DNA from: Histomonas meleagridis 2922-C6/04-290x | Taxonomy: Eukaryota; Protista; Parabasalia | Assembly (NCBI GenBank): GCA_020184695.1 | Contig: JAANOX010000007.1 | Location: forward strand, 90,247-154,246 | Length of the DNA: 64,000 nt | Reading direction: 5' to 3' | In this document: one piece after another, positions 34,139 through 44,842 of the stretch | Numbering within the stretch: position 1 is the first letter of the stretch | Layout: each line of letters starts with the position of its first letter | The notes under the pieces: generated by a model | What the model was told of the DNA's origin: nothing | The model's input: only the letters and a program-made list of their open reading frames with translations | Databases searched by the model: none | Position numbers and translations under genes: made by a program

Positions 34139-34705
34139 TTATAAGAATTCGATTTTAAGATTATATCCATCAACAATTTTGAATGAGTTAAATTTGTTCA
34201 GTGCATCGGCTGCTTGTGTTTCATCATTATAATACACATGAGCAAAGCCATCCATCATCTCGGTCTTTTGGAACCCAGGAGTTTGTCTGAAAATGACGGA
34301 TAAAAGACGAGAATCAGCCTTTGGTGGATATCCTGTGACCTTAAGAATTCTATTTGTTTCCTTTGTTTCTGGTTCAGGCTCTGGTTGTTGTTCCTCTGTC
34401 TCACCTCTTGGCTGGTAAAATTCTGCAATTACTTTAGAATTATTTTTGGCGTATTCAATATGAAGATCTTTTCCAAGCAAATTAAATCCTTGAAGTCGCT
34501 GCATGACAACATTAGCAATTTCAACACTAGAAAAAGAAACCCATGCTTGGCCTCTTGTTTTTGATCCTTTTCGAGCCTCAATTTCAACAACGGGGGCAAC
34601 TGAAGAGAAAAGGCAATATATTTCCCTCTTAAGCTCTGGAATTGAAATTTTGTCATTCAAGTTGTTGAGATAGAGAGTTTGGCTAGGAGCAATTGGGAGA
34701 GACAT
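34139..34705 (-). CDS. U1A/U2B''-family snRNP protein (two RRMs)
   Basis: PSQTLYLNNLNDKI...LKREIYCLFS...KTRGQAWVSF...QGFNLLGKDLHIEYAK. Confidence 0.85.
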   Translation of the reverse strand: MSLPIAPSQTLYLNNLNDKISIPELKREIYCLFSSVAPVVEIEARKGSKTRGQAWVSFSSVEIANVVMQRLQGFNLLGKDLHIEYAKNNSKVIAEFYQPRGETEEQQPEPEPETKETNRILKVTGYPPKADSRLLSVIFRQTPGFQKTEMMDGFAHVYYNDETQAADALNKFNSFKIVDGYNLKIEFL

Positions 34706-35015
34706 CCAACCAAATTTGGGATACCCCTATTTTAATCGATCTTTTTCTCTTTGTTTTTTTTGCAATACTGACACATAATACAGTATTATTGAATAATAAT
34801 CTTTCTTATAAAGAATGATATGAAAGAGAACAAATGGCCCTGCAATCTTGTGTCATTTTAGATGATTTGATTTTCCAAAGTTTTGAGTTTTTTAAATTTC
34901 CTTATGAAATCAAATTCACATGTAAGCAACACGAAAAAAAAGGAGAGCTACCAAAAAGGCCATTTAACGTTAGGTTTAAAAAGAAATGAAAATTGATCAA
35001 ATTAAAATTTATTGT

Positions 35016-35249
35016 TTAAAAACCTGCACGAAGGGCAAGAACCATATGGAGAACTTCGCCTGCATTGATATGTGATGATTCAATAGTTGCTTGATCGTTC
35101 AAATTTTGACCACGGAATAAAAGTCTTTGTTGTTGAACGGAAATACCTTCGCGTTGTTGAAGCTCCTCTTTTATTGCAGCAATTGTCATTCCTGGTTCAA
35201 CATCAATTTGGTGCTTTCTTCCAGATACAGTGTGAACTTGGATGAGCAT
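35016..35249 (-). CDS. NEDD8: NEDD8/Rub1-like ubiquitin-like modifier
   Basis: 77 aa; EGISVQQQRLLF; C-terminus VLALRAG-F with the NEDD8-type Ala72. Confidence 0.75.
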   Translation of the reverse strand: MLIQVHTVSGRKHQIDVEPGMTIAAIKEELQQREGISVQQQRLLFRGQNLNDQATIESSHINAGEVLHMVLALRAGF

Positions 35250-35354
35250 TTTGAAAAGTGGTATTGTTTATTGCCTTTGACATGTGATTTGAAAATGTTG
35301 ATTCACCATTGAATCAAATCACATTAGATATTATTATTTTTATACAAAATTGTT

Positions 35355-35436
35355 GGTACTTTGGCCGAGTGGTCTAAGGCGTTGGATTTAAGCCCCAATA
35401 CCGAGAGGTGCGTGGGTTCGAACCCCACAGGTACCA
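35355..35436 (+). tRNA. trnL-TAA: tRNA-Leu(TAA)
   Basis: Acceptor GGTACTT/AGGTACC; D arm GCCGAGTGGTCTAAGGC; anticodon loop TT-TAA-GC; long variable arm ACC-GAGA-GGT; T arm GTGGG-TTCGAAC-CCCAC. Confidence 0.95.
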
Positions 35437-35772
35437 ATTTTTATTTTTTCTTAATAAAATGAACTTTTTTTACGAATCATCAACTTGGATTTTGTTATTT
35501 GGAGTTGAAAGTCATGGCAAACAATGGTTGTGGATTGTTAGATAGATGATACAAAATTGTCAACATAAAGTTCTGTTAATTAAGTGGTTATGACGGTTTT
35601 TTATTCAAATGCTTAAATTGAAAGAAAAAAATAAAAACTTCTCGAAATATATTGAATATTTTCATCAATAATTGGCTTAAATATATTATACTGTATATAA
35701 TTTATATCATTTTAGAATTTAAAATGCTATTTTCTATCACATAATTTGTTTAATTGAAAATTAAAAAATTAA

Positions 35773-36183
35773 TTAATTGATGTCATTTTGTATTTGGTTT
35801 TTATAAGTTTGCTTCATTTTATCCAAACATTGTTCGTATCTTAATTCAAATTCTTTTTGTATAAATTTTTGTAAAAGATTTGAAAACTGTTGAATTATTT
35901 CGTTTCGGGTTTCGTTTAATGAAATGTTACAAAACATTTCCAATTTTTTAAATATGACTTCGATATATTCATCGAAAACATTTTCATTTTCTAAATCCAT
36001 TAAATTTACTTCATTTTTACAATCAAAAATTTTATTTTGTGAAATACTTTGAACAAAATCACAAAAATTTATTTTTATTTCGTTTTCATTTTTTATTTCT
36101 TCAAATGTTTTAACAATTATTTCCTTAATAACATTAAAAGAATTAAATAAATCATTTTTTATTTTACTAAACAAAGAAATCAA
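35773..36183 (-). CDS. Possible low-complexity hypothetical protein or gene fragment
   Basis: 136-aa ORF in very AT-rich DNA; no motif recognised. Confidence 0.3.
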   Translation of the reverse strand: MISLFSKIKNDLFNSFNVIKEIIVKTFEEIKNENEIKINFCDFVQSISQNKIFDCKNEVNLMDLENENVFDEYIEVIFKKLEMFCNISLNETRNEIIQQFSNLLQKFIQKEFELRYEQCLDKMKQTYKNQIQNDIN

Positions 36184-36433
36184 ATTTATTTCATTTTGTA
36201 TAATTTGCTTTTGTATTAATTTTAAATGTTTAATTTCAAATTTTGGATTTATATTATCAATTGATTAATAATTCACCATCAAATTTTTTCTGAAATTTTG
36301 CAAAAAAAAAAAAAAAATTGTTTGTTTATCCATCTCCATTTTTGTGCTTTTTCTAGGAGATATTGATTCTTCTGTGTAGTTATAATTCCAGACTTCTTTA
36401 AATTAATCATAATTTTCAACTTTTTTACAAACT

Positions 36434-36962
36434 AATTAGTTGAATGTCATGGAACTTATTCCACCAATACATGTCGAAATTGTGGCGATAAATCTAAACA
36501 CGAAGATTACCTCGAAGAGCTCAAGACAGGCAAAGTTGTTTATTGCAAAAAATGTGGGATAGGGGTTGTTAAACCTGATTCCGTATTATTTGGTGAATCA
36601 CTTCCAAAGCGATTTTTATCATCTTTATCCAAATGACTTTGCATCTGCGGACCTTCTTATTGTTATTGGTACGTCACTGAAAGTTACTCCATGCTCATTA
36701 CTTCCCTGGATATTGTCGAAAAGATTGTCTTCGAGTTTTGATTAATAAAGAACCTGTTGCGACATATGAAGAAAAAGTCAGCGTCGACGAAAGACGAAAT
36801 GTTTTGGTCGATTTAGCTGAGAATAGTCATAAAGAACTGTTTAAGTTCGGTCATGTTACAAATCGAAGAGATATTTTCCTTCAGGGCGATTGCGAAGAAA
36901 TATGCAAACAAATAATTGATGCTTTAGGATGGACTGACGAATTTAATGAAATTCATTTGTAA
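36434..36962 (+). pseudogene. SIR2: 5'-truncated duplicate of the sirtuin gene
   Basis: LVECHG..CRNC...CKKC...KPDSVLFGE...GTSLKVTP...INKE...GDC across two frameshifts. 36434-36513 is the exact reverse complement of 1-80. Confidence 0.85.
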
Positions 36963-37182
36963 ATAATTTAATTGATTATCAAAAAGTGTAATAAAAAGAC
37001 TTCATTTTCATTATTGATTGATGATACAAATTTCCTATAAAACATATTTTTCAAAATTTTTTATTTAATGATTATTTTCTTTTTCTTCAAATCTAAATTA
37101 TCCTCGTGTGATTGGAACAAATCTAATTAGATTGCCCACTTTGTCATCACTTTATTGGGATCGCGCTTTATGGCAATTTCTT

Positions 37183-39326
37183 TTAATTAGCCCCTTTTTC
37201 ATTTAGTAATTTAACTATTTCTGTATGACCATTTGAAGATGCACAAATAAGTGCTGTATCAAATAATTTAAATAATTTCCAAATATTATTTTGAAATATA
37301 AAATTATTAAAATAAATTTTAAATAAAACAAATAAATATCCCTGGCATTAATATCAATTCCTTCTTGTTCAAGAAGTAATTTAACTATTTCTGTATGACC
37401 ATTTCTAGATGCAATCATAAGTGCTGTAAAAAATAATTTATATAATTTCCAAATATTATTTTGAAATATCAAATTATTAAAATAAATTTTAAATAAAACA
37501 AATAAATAGATTTAGCATTAATATCAATTCCTTCTTGTTCAAGAAGTAATTTAACTATTTCTGTATAACCTTTCCAAGATGCTAAAATAAGTGCTGTCCA
37601 AAATAATTTAAATAATTTCCAAATATTATTTTGAAATATCAAATTATTAAAATAAATTTTAAATAAAACAAATAAATATCTTTAACATTAATATCAATTC
37701 CTTCTTGTTCAAGAAGTAATTTAATTTCTAATTGACCATTTAAATATGCTTTCATAAGTGCTGTTTCAAATAATTTCAATAATTATCAAATATTATTTTG
37801 AAATATCAAATTATTAAAATAAATTTTAAATAAAACAAATAAATATCTTTAGCATTAATATCAATTCCTTTTTGTTCAAGAAGTAATTTAACTATTTCTG
37901 TATGACTATTCCAAGATGCAAAAATAAGTGCTGAACTATTTAATTTAAATAATTTCCAAATATTATTTTAAAATCGAAAATTATTAAAATGAATTTCAAA
38001 TAAAATAAAAAAATATTTTTAGCATTAATATCATTTCCTTCTTGTTCAAGAAGTAATTTAACTATTTCTGTATAACCATTAAAAGATGCTAACATAAGTG
38101 CTGTATCAAATAATTTCAATAATTTCCAAATATTATTTTGAAATATTAAATTATTAAAATAAATATCTTTAGCATTAATATCAATTCCTTCTTGATCTAA
38201 AATGTATTTTACAAGTTCAATATTTCCTGATTTAGATGAATAACCTAAAATATCTTTTGGAGTGTGATGCTCTTTCATAAAATATTTTGTGAGATATATA
38301 TTTCCAATTCTTGCAGCTGCATTAATAATATCATCGTTAATTTCCATTCCTTCTTTTTGCAAATATGTAAAGAGTTCATAGTTGTTCCATTTGATACATT
38401 TCTTTCCTAAAAATTCCAAATTTTTGATATCTTCTAATTTGTTTTCATAAAGATATTTAAAGATATCATTACAATGAAATTTAATTGCTGTTTCATATGC
38501 ATTTTTAAATGATGAATGATTTTGTTCACATAAATGAATAATTTCAATGTTTCCACCTGCAATTGCATATTTACCTGTGTTTTCCACTTTTGCACCATTC
38601 ATAAGTAAATATTTAAAACATTTAATTGAAGAAAAAAATGCTGCATATTCAATTAATGTAATCCGATATTGATTAATAAAATCACATCTTTCATAAACTG
38701 ATGGTTCAATTATTTGATTAAAATCAAAATTTTTGTTATTTCATTTGGATTATGTCCTTCTTCAATATATTTCTTATGAAGTTCCCAATCATTCTTTGAA
38801 AGTTCTTCATAATGTTTTTTTATATACTGTTTAATTCCATAGCAATAATATTCATTAATTTCTTCTTGCGTCATGTGATGTGCAAGACATTCATTGGTTC
38901 TTTTATAATCAACCTTTGGACTCTGAAGAAATTTATTTTCAAAAAGATAATAAAGAATATACTTTGATTCTTCTGAATATTTAGAAAGAAGTACACCTTC
39001 AAATACATCAAAAATTTTTGAATTAATTTTGTTGTTTTCTTCAAATATTTCAATTTGTTTTAAAAATTTTGAATAAATATCAAAGTCATTCATTCTAAAC
39101 ATGGAAATTGTGTATATTGTTTGGGCTAATATAAAATTGAATGAAATAGGATGATTTTCATCAAAAATGTCAATTATTGAATTTGCTGATTCTATAATAT
39201 TTGTTTTAGCCAACCTAAAGAGGGTTTGCATGATTGATTGATGAATTTCGATATCATTTAATAGTTTTTGCTTCTTTATTTTATTTATGGTCCGTCTTTA
39301 CTAACGGTATGTATCGGCTTTTTCAT
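37183..39326 (-). CDS. Ankyrin-repeat gene C (N-terminal part has a deletion and frameshifts, so possibly a pseudogene); six spacer-interrupted repeats
   Basis: ORFs 38710-39231 and 37940-38602. Modules 38104-38015, 37934-37845, 37764-37678, 37597-37508, 37427-37338 and 37257-37183. Start position is approximate. Confidence 0.7.
37258..38164 (-). repeat. Six spacer elements in gene C (60, 80, 80, 80, 80, 80 nt)
   Basis: 38105-38164, 37935-38014, 37765-37844, 37598-37677, 37428-37507 and 37258-37337. Confidence 0.9.
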
Positions 39327-39444
39327 TGTTTTTAACGGTTTGAGTAGATTTTGAAGCAGTTCAAGCATCACATCACATCACACAACATTCTGAAATCCTA
39401 TATATAAACTATTTAATAAAAAAAGATTTGCCAAACAAAATTTT

Positions 39445-41134
39445 ATGACTGATTTTTCTAAAATTAAAGAGAACTTATCCCAAATTGAAGAACAAGCAAA
39501 AGAAAATCCACAAATATATATTGAGCTTGGTAATTTATTCTTAAGAGGAGAAGGTATTGAACATGATATCAATAAAGCGATTGAATATTTCCAAAAAGGG
39601 TCTGATGCAGGAATAAATGATGCATCATTTAATCTTGCACAAATTTATCATATCGGTTTGGGAGGTAATCCAATTGATATCCCAAAAAGCCGTCAACTTA
39701 TATGAGAAATGTGTCTTAAATGACGATCTTACAGCTATGTTTAATTTAGCGATGATTTATATTGTAGGTAATGGGGTTCCAAAAAATATTCCACGTGGTA
39801 TTGAGTTACTCGAAACATCAGCACAAAAGGGTTTTGTTCATTCTATATATAATCTTGCATTACAATATTTAAGTGGAGAAAATGTTCCCTATGATTGTCA
39901 AAAAGCAATTGAATTATTAGAAACAGGATCAGAAAAAGGGTATTTTAATTGCACAATAAGACTTGCGATGCTTTATCGCGATGGTTACAAAGAGATTCCA
40001 CCAGATTTAGGGAAATGTGGAAGAATTTTAGTTGAATCAGCCAAAACTAAGAATCCTGATGCATTATGTTCATTAGGAGAATATTATGAATATATTGGGA
40101 AGAACACGAGTCTTATTCAAAGGTCTGTTGAATGTTATGAAGAAGCAATCTTAAAAAATCATACACGTTCAATGTATAACTTAGCAAATTTACTAGTTAA
40201 TACACCAGGACATTTTTGTGCCACGTAATCCGAAAAGATCAATCGAACTTTTAACGAAAGCTTCTGAATTAGGTGATTTAAATTCGATGAAAAAATTAGC
40301 TGAAATTTATAGGGAAAAAAAGATCCTTATAAATCATTATATTATTATGAAAAAAAGGTTCTGAATTAGGTGATGATGATTGTACTTATAACTTAGCTTT
40401 AATGTATCAAAAAGGTGAAGGAATACCTAAAAAAATAAAAAAAGAAATCTTTAGAATTATATCAAAAAAAGCAGCAAGTAATAACCATGTTCAAGCATTA
40501 ACTAATTTAGGTGTTATGTATCATTATGGAAAAGGAGTCGAAAAAGGATTTAAATAAAGCATCCGAGTATTATGAAGCTGCTGCTAAAAAGGACATTTAA
40601 ATGCAATTTATAATTTAGGTGTACTTTATTCACAAGATGAAGAAATGGAAAAATATTCCGAAAGCTTTAGAATATTTCGAAATGGCAAGAAAGAAAGGGG
40701 ACACAATGGCAATGCATAACATGGCATTAATATATTTAAATGGTAATGGAATAGAACAAAATGTACAAAAAGCTGTCGATATATGTGAAGAATTAATTAA
40801 AATGAATTACTATAAAGTTATTGATACTTTAATTAAAATTTATGCAAATGGGAAAGGAAATGTTGAAAAAAAAAAAAAAAGAGCTTTGGAGTTATGTCAA
40901 TTTATGTTCGATAACCAAAAATTTCCAATTTTTTTAGATGTCGCTATAAAATTGTTAAAAGAAGAAAAACCCACCAAATAATGAACGAATTTTTGGAAAT
41001 TTTTGGAAAATGGCGCAAAGCAGAGTGATCGAATCGCTTTGATAGAATTAATAAGAGTGTATTCAGAAGGCGATTTTGGAGTGGCACCTTCCGAAGAAAA
41101 GATGAATTTCTATCAGGAAAAAAACTTAATATGA
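39445..41134 (+). CDS. Sel1-like repeat (SLR/TPR) protein, broken by multiple frameshifts
   Basis: Repeated (F/Y)NLA..Y..G.GV..D..KA.E.(Y/L)..(A/S)...G units across ORFs 39445-39705, 39617-40228 and 40619-40981. Confidence 0.8.
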
Positions 41135-41631
41135 CCCCTGAATGCACGATTTGGTAAATAAAATTTCTGATTTTTTGTTGAATATGTTTTAGTGACGAAA
41201 TATACACTTGCATATGTAAGTAAGTTTTAATAAAAGATCAATTTTTTCTTCTTTCTTAGCATCTGTAAAAAATTACTTTGAATATGGATGAAAATAACAC
41301 ACTTGGAGTTCATGACAAAATAAATATTCACTAACATTTTCCTTGATATAAAATTGCTTAGTGAATTTAAAATATTGACAGTATTTCAAAATGAGATTTA
41401 AAAATTATTTTGTTTTAAAACATTTATTCTTGATATTCATATTGGATATTATGATAAAAAAAAATACTTTTGATAAGAATTTTTTGCAACAAAGCATAAT
41501 AGGACTCATGTTTTACAAATCCTTGGAATTTGTGTTCATTGCTTAACATAAGCCTACTATCAATTTTTTTGATAAAGTTTGTTTGACATGAAAAGTGATT
41601 TCTTCAGATATTTTCAAAGTTTTTTTTCGAA

Positions 41632-42162
41632 ATGAGTATTACATTTTCACCTACTGAAAGCGCTATTTTTCTTTCATATTTTGTTATTATTTTTATACTT
41701 ATTTTAGTAATTATCATTTGTTGCATTGCATTTACTATTTTGTCTGGAATACATTGGAGTAAAATTAGATATGATTACTCAATAGATTCTGAAAACATTA
41801 GTTACAACTTGTATATTTTATATGTTATGACTACTATTTCATGGGTGTCACCAATTGTTCTTGCCTTTTTTATTATAATTTTCTTGATTATTCCAATCAA
41901 AATCCGTCAAAAAATCCCTGGTAGGATATACCACATTTATTTATTTATATTATTTTTAATTCTATTATTCAATTTATCATCAGATATATGCTGTTTTGCT
42001 TATTCAGCACCAAATAAGTGTTCAAGCATCAGAAATATCCAAACACAAGCATTGCGATTTGATAAAGAAACATGTAATAAATATCACTCAAGCATCGAAG
42101 CGTTCTTTTATTTATATGTCATTTCATTTGTACTGGATGTAATTCTTATTTTGATAAATTAA
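41632..42162 (+). CDS. Small four-TM membrane protein with a Cys-containing second loop (tetraspanin-like topology)
   Basis: Four hydrophobic segments; loop DICCFAY...KCSS...ETCNK; no CCG motif. Confidence 0.55.
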   Translation: MSITFSPTESAIFLSYFVIIFILILVIIICCIAFTILSGIHWSKIRYDYSIDSENISYNLYILYVMTTISWVSPIVLAFFIIIFLIIPIKIRQKIPGRIYHIYLFILFLILLFNLSSDICCFAYSAPNKCSSIRNIQTQALRFDKETCNKYHSSIEAFFYLYVISFVLDVILILIN

Positions 42163-42832
42163 CTTTTAATATGTTGCTATGTAAACCATCGCTTATTGTA
42201 TTTACTTTTTTTTATGAGTGACATTTTTTTGTCGTAATATTATTTATTTTGTTATAAATCTTGTAACTCCTCAATAAAAGTTTTATTATTTATTAAAGAT
42301 CTATTATTGTTATAATACTTACATTTTTGAGATTTTATATTTAAAAATTATTTTGAAAATTTATGTTTTTTTTTTAGGCTCCGCTTTAAAGATACAAGTA
42401 TCAGGTTGGGGAGCACCTTATTTACATATGATGTGTAGGTTTAAGACTTTCAGTAGTTGTATTATTAATTCTAGAATGGAAAGAAATAATTGCATTTGCT
42501 CTATTAGCTTTACATTGTTATATTATATATTCCACACAAAGAATGAAAAAAAAAATAATTAAATTAATGCTTTATAATGTCTATAAAAAATTTTGCTTTT
42601 ACACTCAAGAAATTTTTTTAATTAAATATTACCATAAATAAATGATAGCTTGTAAACGTAATAATCTCAGCCTATTTCCCTTTACATTTCATAGCCCTTT
42701 GATAAAATCTATTTATATGAGATGATGTGTGGCAAATTGATTTGAGGGGGAGTTAAAACTGACATTGTTTCATGTTGGAGAAAAAAAGAGTAACTTACAA
42801 GAAAAACAATCAAAAACCAGGAACAAAAAGAA

Positions 42833-44842
42833 ATGAAAATCATTAAATCAATTCAACAAATCATATTTGGTTTAAATAAAGAAAATATTTCTCAAGCAGC
42901 TCAATCAATTATTTCCATATTTGATTATAGTTATCCATATTCATTTAATATTGTTATGAGTCATTATGTTATTATCTGTATTTTTATTGAAAAGAATGAT
43001 TTTCGATATATATTTGAATTTTATGAAAGAAATGAAAAATTTCAAGAAACCAATAAAGTCAAATCTAAAATTTTTGATGTTTTTACTAATTTCCTTCTTT
43101 TTGCAAAATTTATTGACCTCGATCCAAATTACACAGGAATTTACAAGCAAAAATTATATTATCCACTTTTGAAAATGTATGAAAATAATATTCTTGATCT
43201 AAAAATATTGAAAGATGAGAAAAATCCATATTTTATCCATTATATGTCTAAAGAAGAAATTTATAAACAAAAAAATTTTAGCTCTTTTAACCAAATCATT
43301 GCTAATTATGAAGAATTATCAAAGAATGATTGGGAACTTCATAAGAAATTAATCAAAGAAGGACATAATCCAAATGAAATTGCAAAAATAATTCGAAATG
43401 ATGAAATAGAAAAACTTCAAGAAATAACATCACAACCAAAATTTGATTTTAATCAAATAATTGAACCATCAGTTTATGAAAGATGTTCATTTATTAATGA
43501 AGAAAATGTTTCATTAATTGATTATGCAGCATTTTTTTCTTCAATTAAATGTTTTAAACATTTACTTATGAATGGTGCAAATGTAGAAAACACAGGTAAA
43601 TATGCAATTGCAGGTGGAAACATTGAAATTATTCATTTATGTGAACAAAATCATTCATCATTTAAAAATGCATATGAAACAGCAATTAAATTTCATCGAA
43701 ATGATATTTTTAATTATCTTTATGAAAATAAAATTATCGAAATTGATGATATAGAAAAATTAGGCTCTCTATGTATTATGTTTTGGAACATTGAAGTTTT
43801 TATGTTTTTACAGAAAAAAATGGAATGAAAATAAATGAAAATATTCTCAATAATATGGTAAAAATTGGAAATCTTTATCTCATTAAGTATTTTCTGAAAG
43901 AAAATCCAATTCCAAAAAATATTTTTGCATACTCTCCCGAATTAGGGAACATTGAACTCGTAGAATATCTTTTAAATCAAGAAGGAATTGATATTAATGT
44001 TAAAGATATTTATTTATTTTGTTTGATATTAATTTCAATAATTTGATAATTTAAAATAATATCTGGAAATTATGTAAATTAATTTATACAGCACTTATTT
44101 GTGCATCTGAATTTGGTTACGCCGAAATAGTTAAATTACTTCTTGAACAAGAAGGAAATGATATTAATGCTAAAAATATTTTTTTATTTTATTTGAAATT
44201 TATTTTAATAATTTTCGATTTTAAAATAATATTTGGAAATTATTTAAATTAAATAGTTCAGCACTTATTTTTGCATCTTGGAATAGTCATACAGAAATAG
44301 TTAAATTACTTCTTGAACAAAAAGGAATTGATATTAATGCTAAAAATATTTATTTGTTTTATTTAATATTTATTTTAATAATTTTATATTTACAAATAAT
44401 ATTTGGAAATTATTTAAATTATTTAGAACAGCACTTATTTATGCATCTTATAATGGTCGTACAGAAATAGTTAAGTTACTTCTTGAACAAAAAGGAATTG
44501 ATATTAATGCTCAGGATATTTATTTGTTTTATTTAATATTTATTTTAATAATTTAATATTTCAAAATAATATTTGGAAATTATATAAATTATTTAGAACA
44601 GCACTTATTTGTGCATCTTCAAATGGTCATACAGAAATAGTTAAATTACTTCTTGAACAAGAAGGAATTGATATTAATGCTAAATCTATTTATTTGTTTT
44701 ATTTAATATTTATTTTAATAATTTGATATTTCAAAATAATATTTGGAAATTATATAAATTATTTGATACAGCACTTATTTGTGCATCTTCAAATGGTCAT
44801 ACAGAAATAGTTAAATTACTAAATGAAAAAGGGGCTAATTAA
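42833..44842 (+). CDS. Ankyrin-repeat gene D (one A-tract frameshift at ~43815) with five spacer-interrupted repeats
   Basis: ORFs 42833-43828 and 43825-44046. Modules 44088-44177, 44258-44347, 44428-44517, 44598-44687 and 44768-44842 (ends KLLNEKGAN*). Confidence 0.8.
44008..44767 (+). repeat. Five 80-nt spacer elements in gene D; exact 170-nt period
   Basis: 44008-44087, 44178-44257, 44348-44427, 44518-44597 and 44688-44767. Confidence 0.92.

Noticed and set aside
3594-44767. 170-nt periodic repeat-spacer arrays read as CRISPR arrays
   Set aside because: Eukaryotic context, the repeated 90-nt units encode ankyrin modules, spacers are homologous to each other, and there are no cas genes.
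44008-44767. Spacers as canonical GT-AG or U12 AT-AC introns
   Set aside because: A frame-restoring GT-AG join exists only in one copy. Joining AT to the AC of ACA shifts the frame. Several copies lack AG or AC at the 3' junction. No ATATCCTT or ACTAAC motifs.
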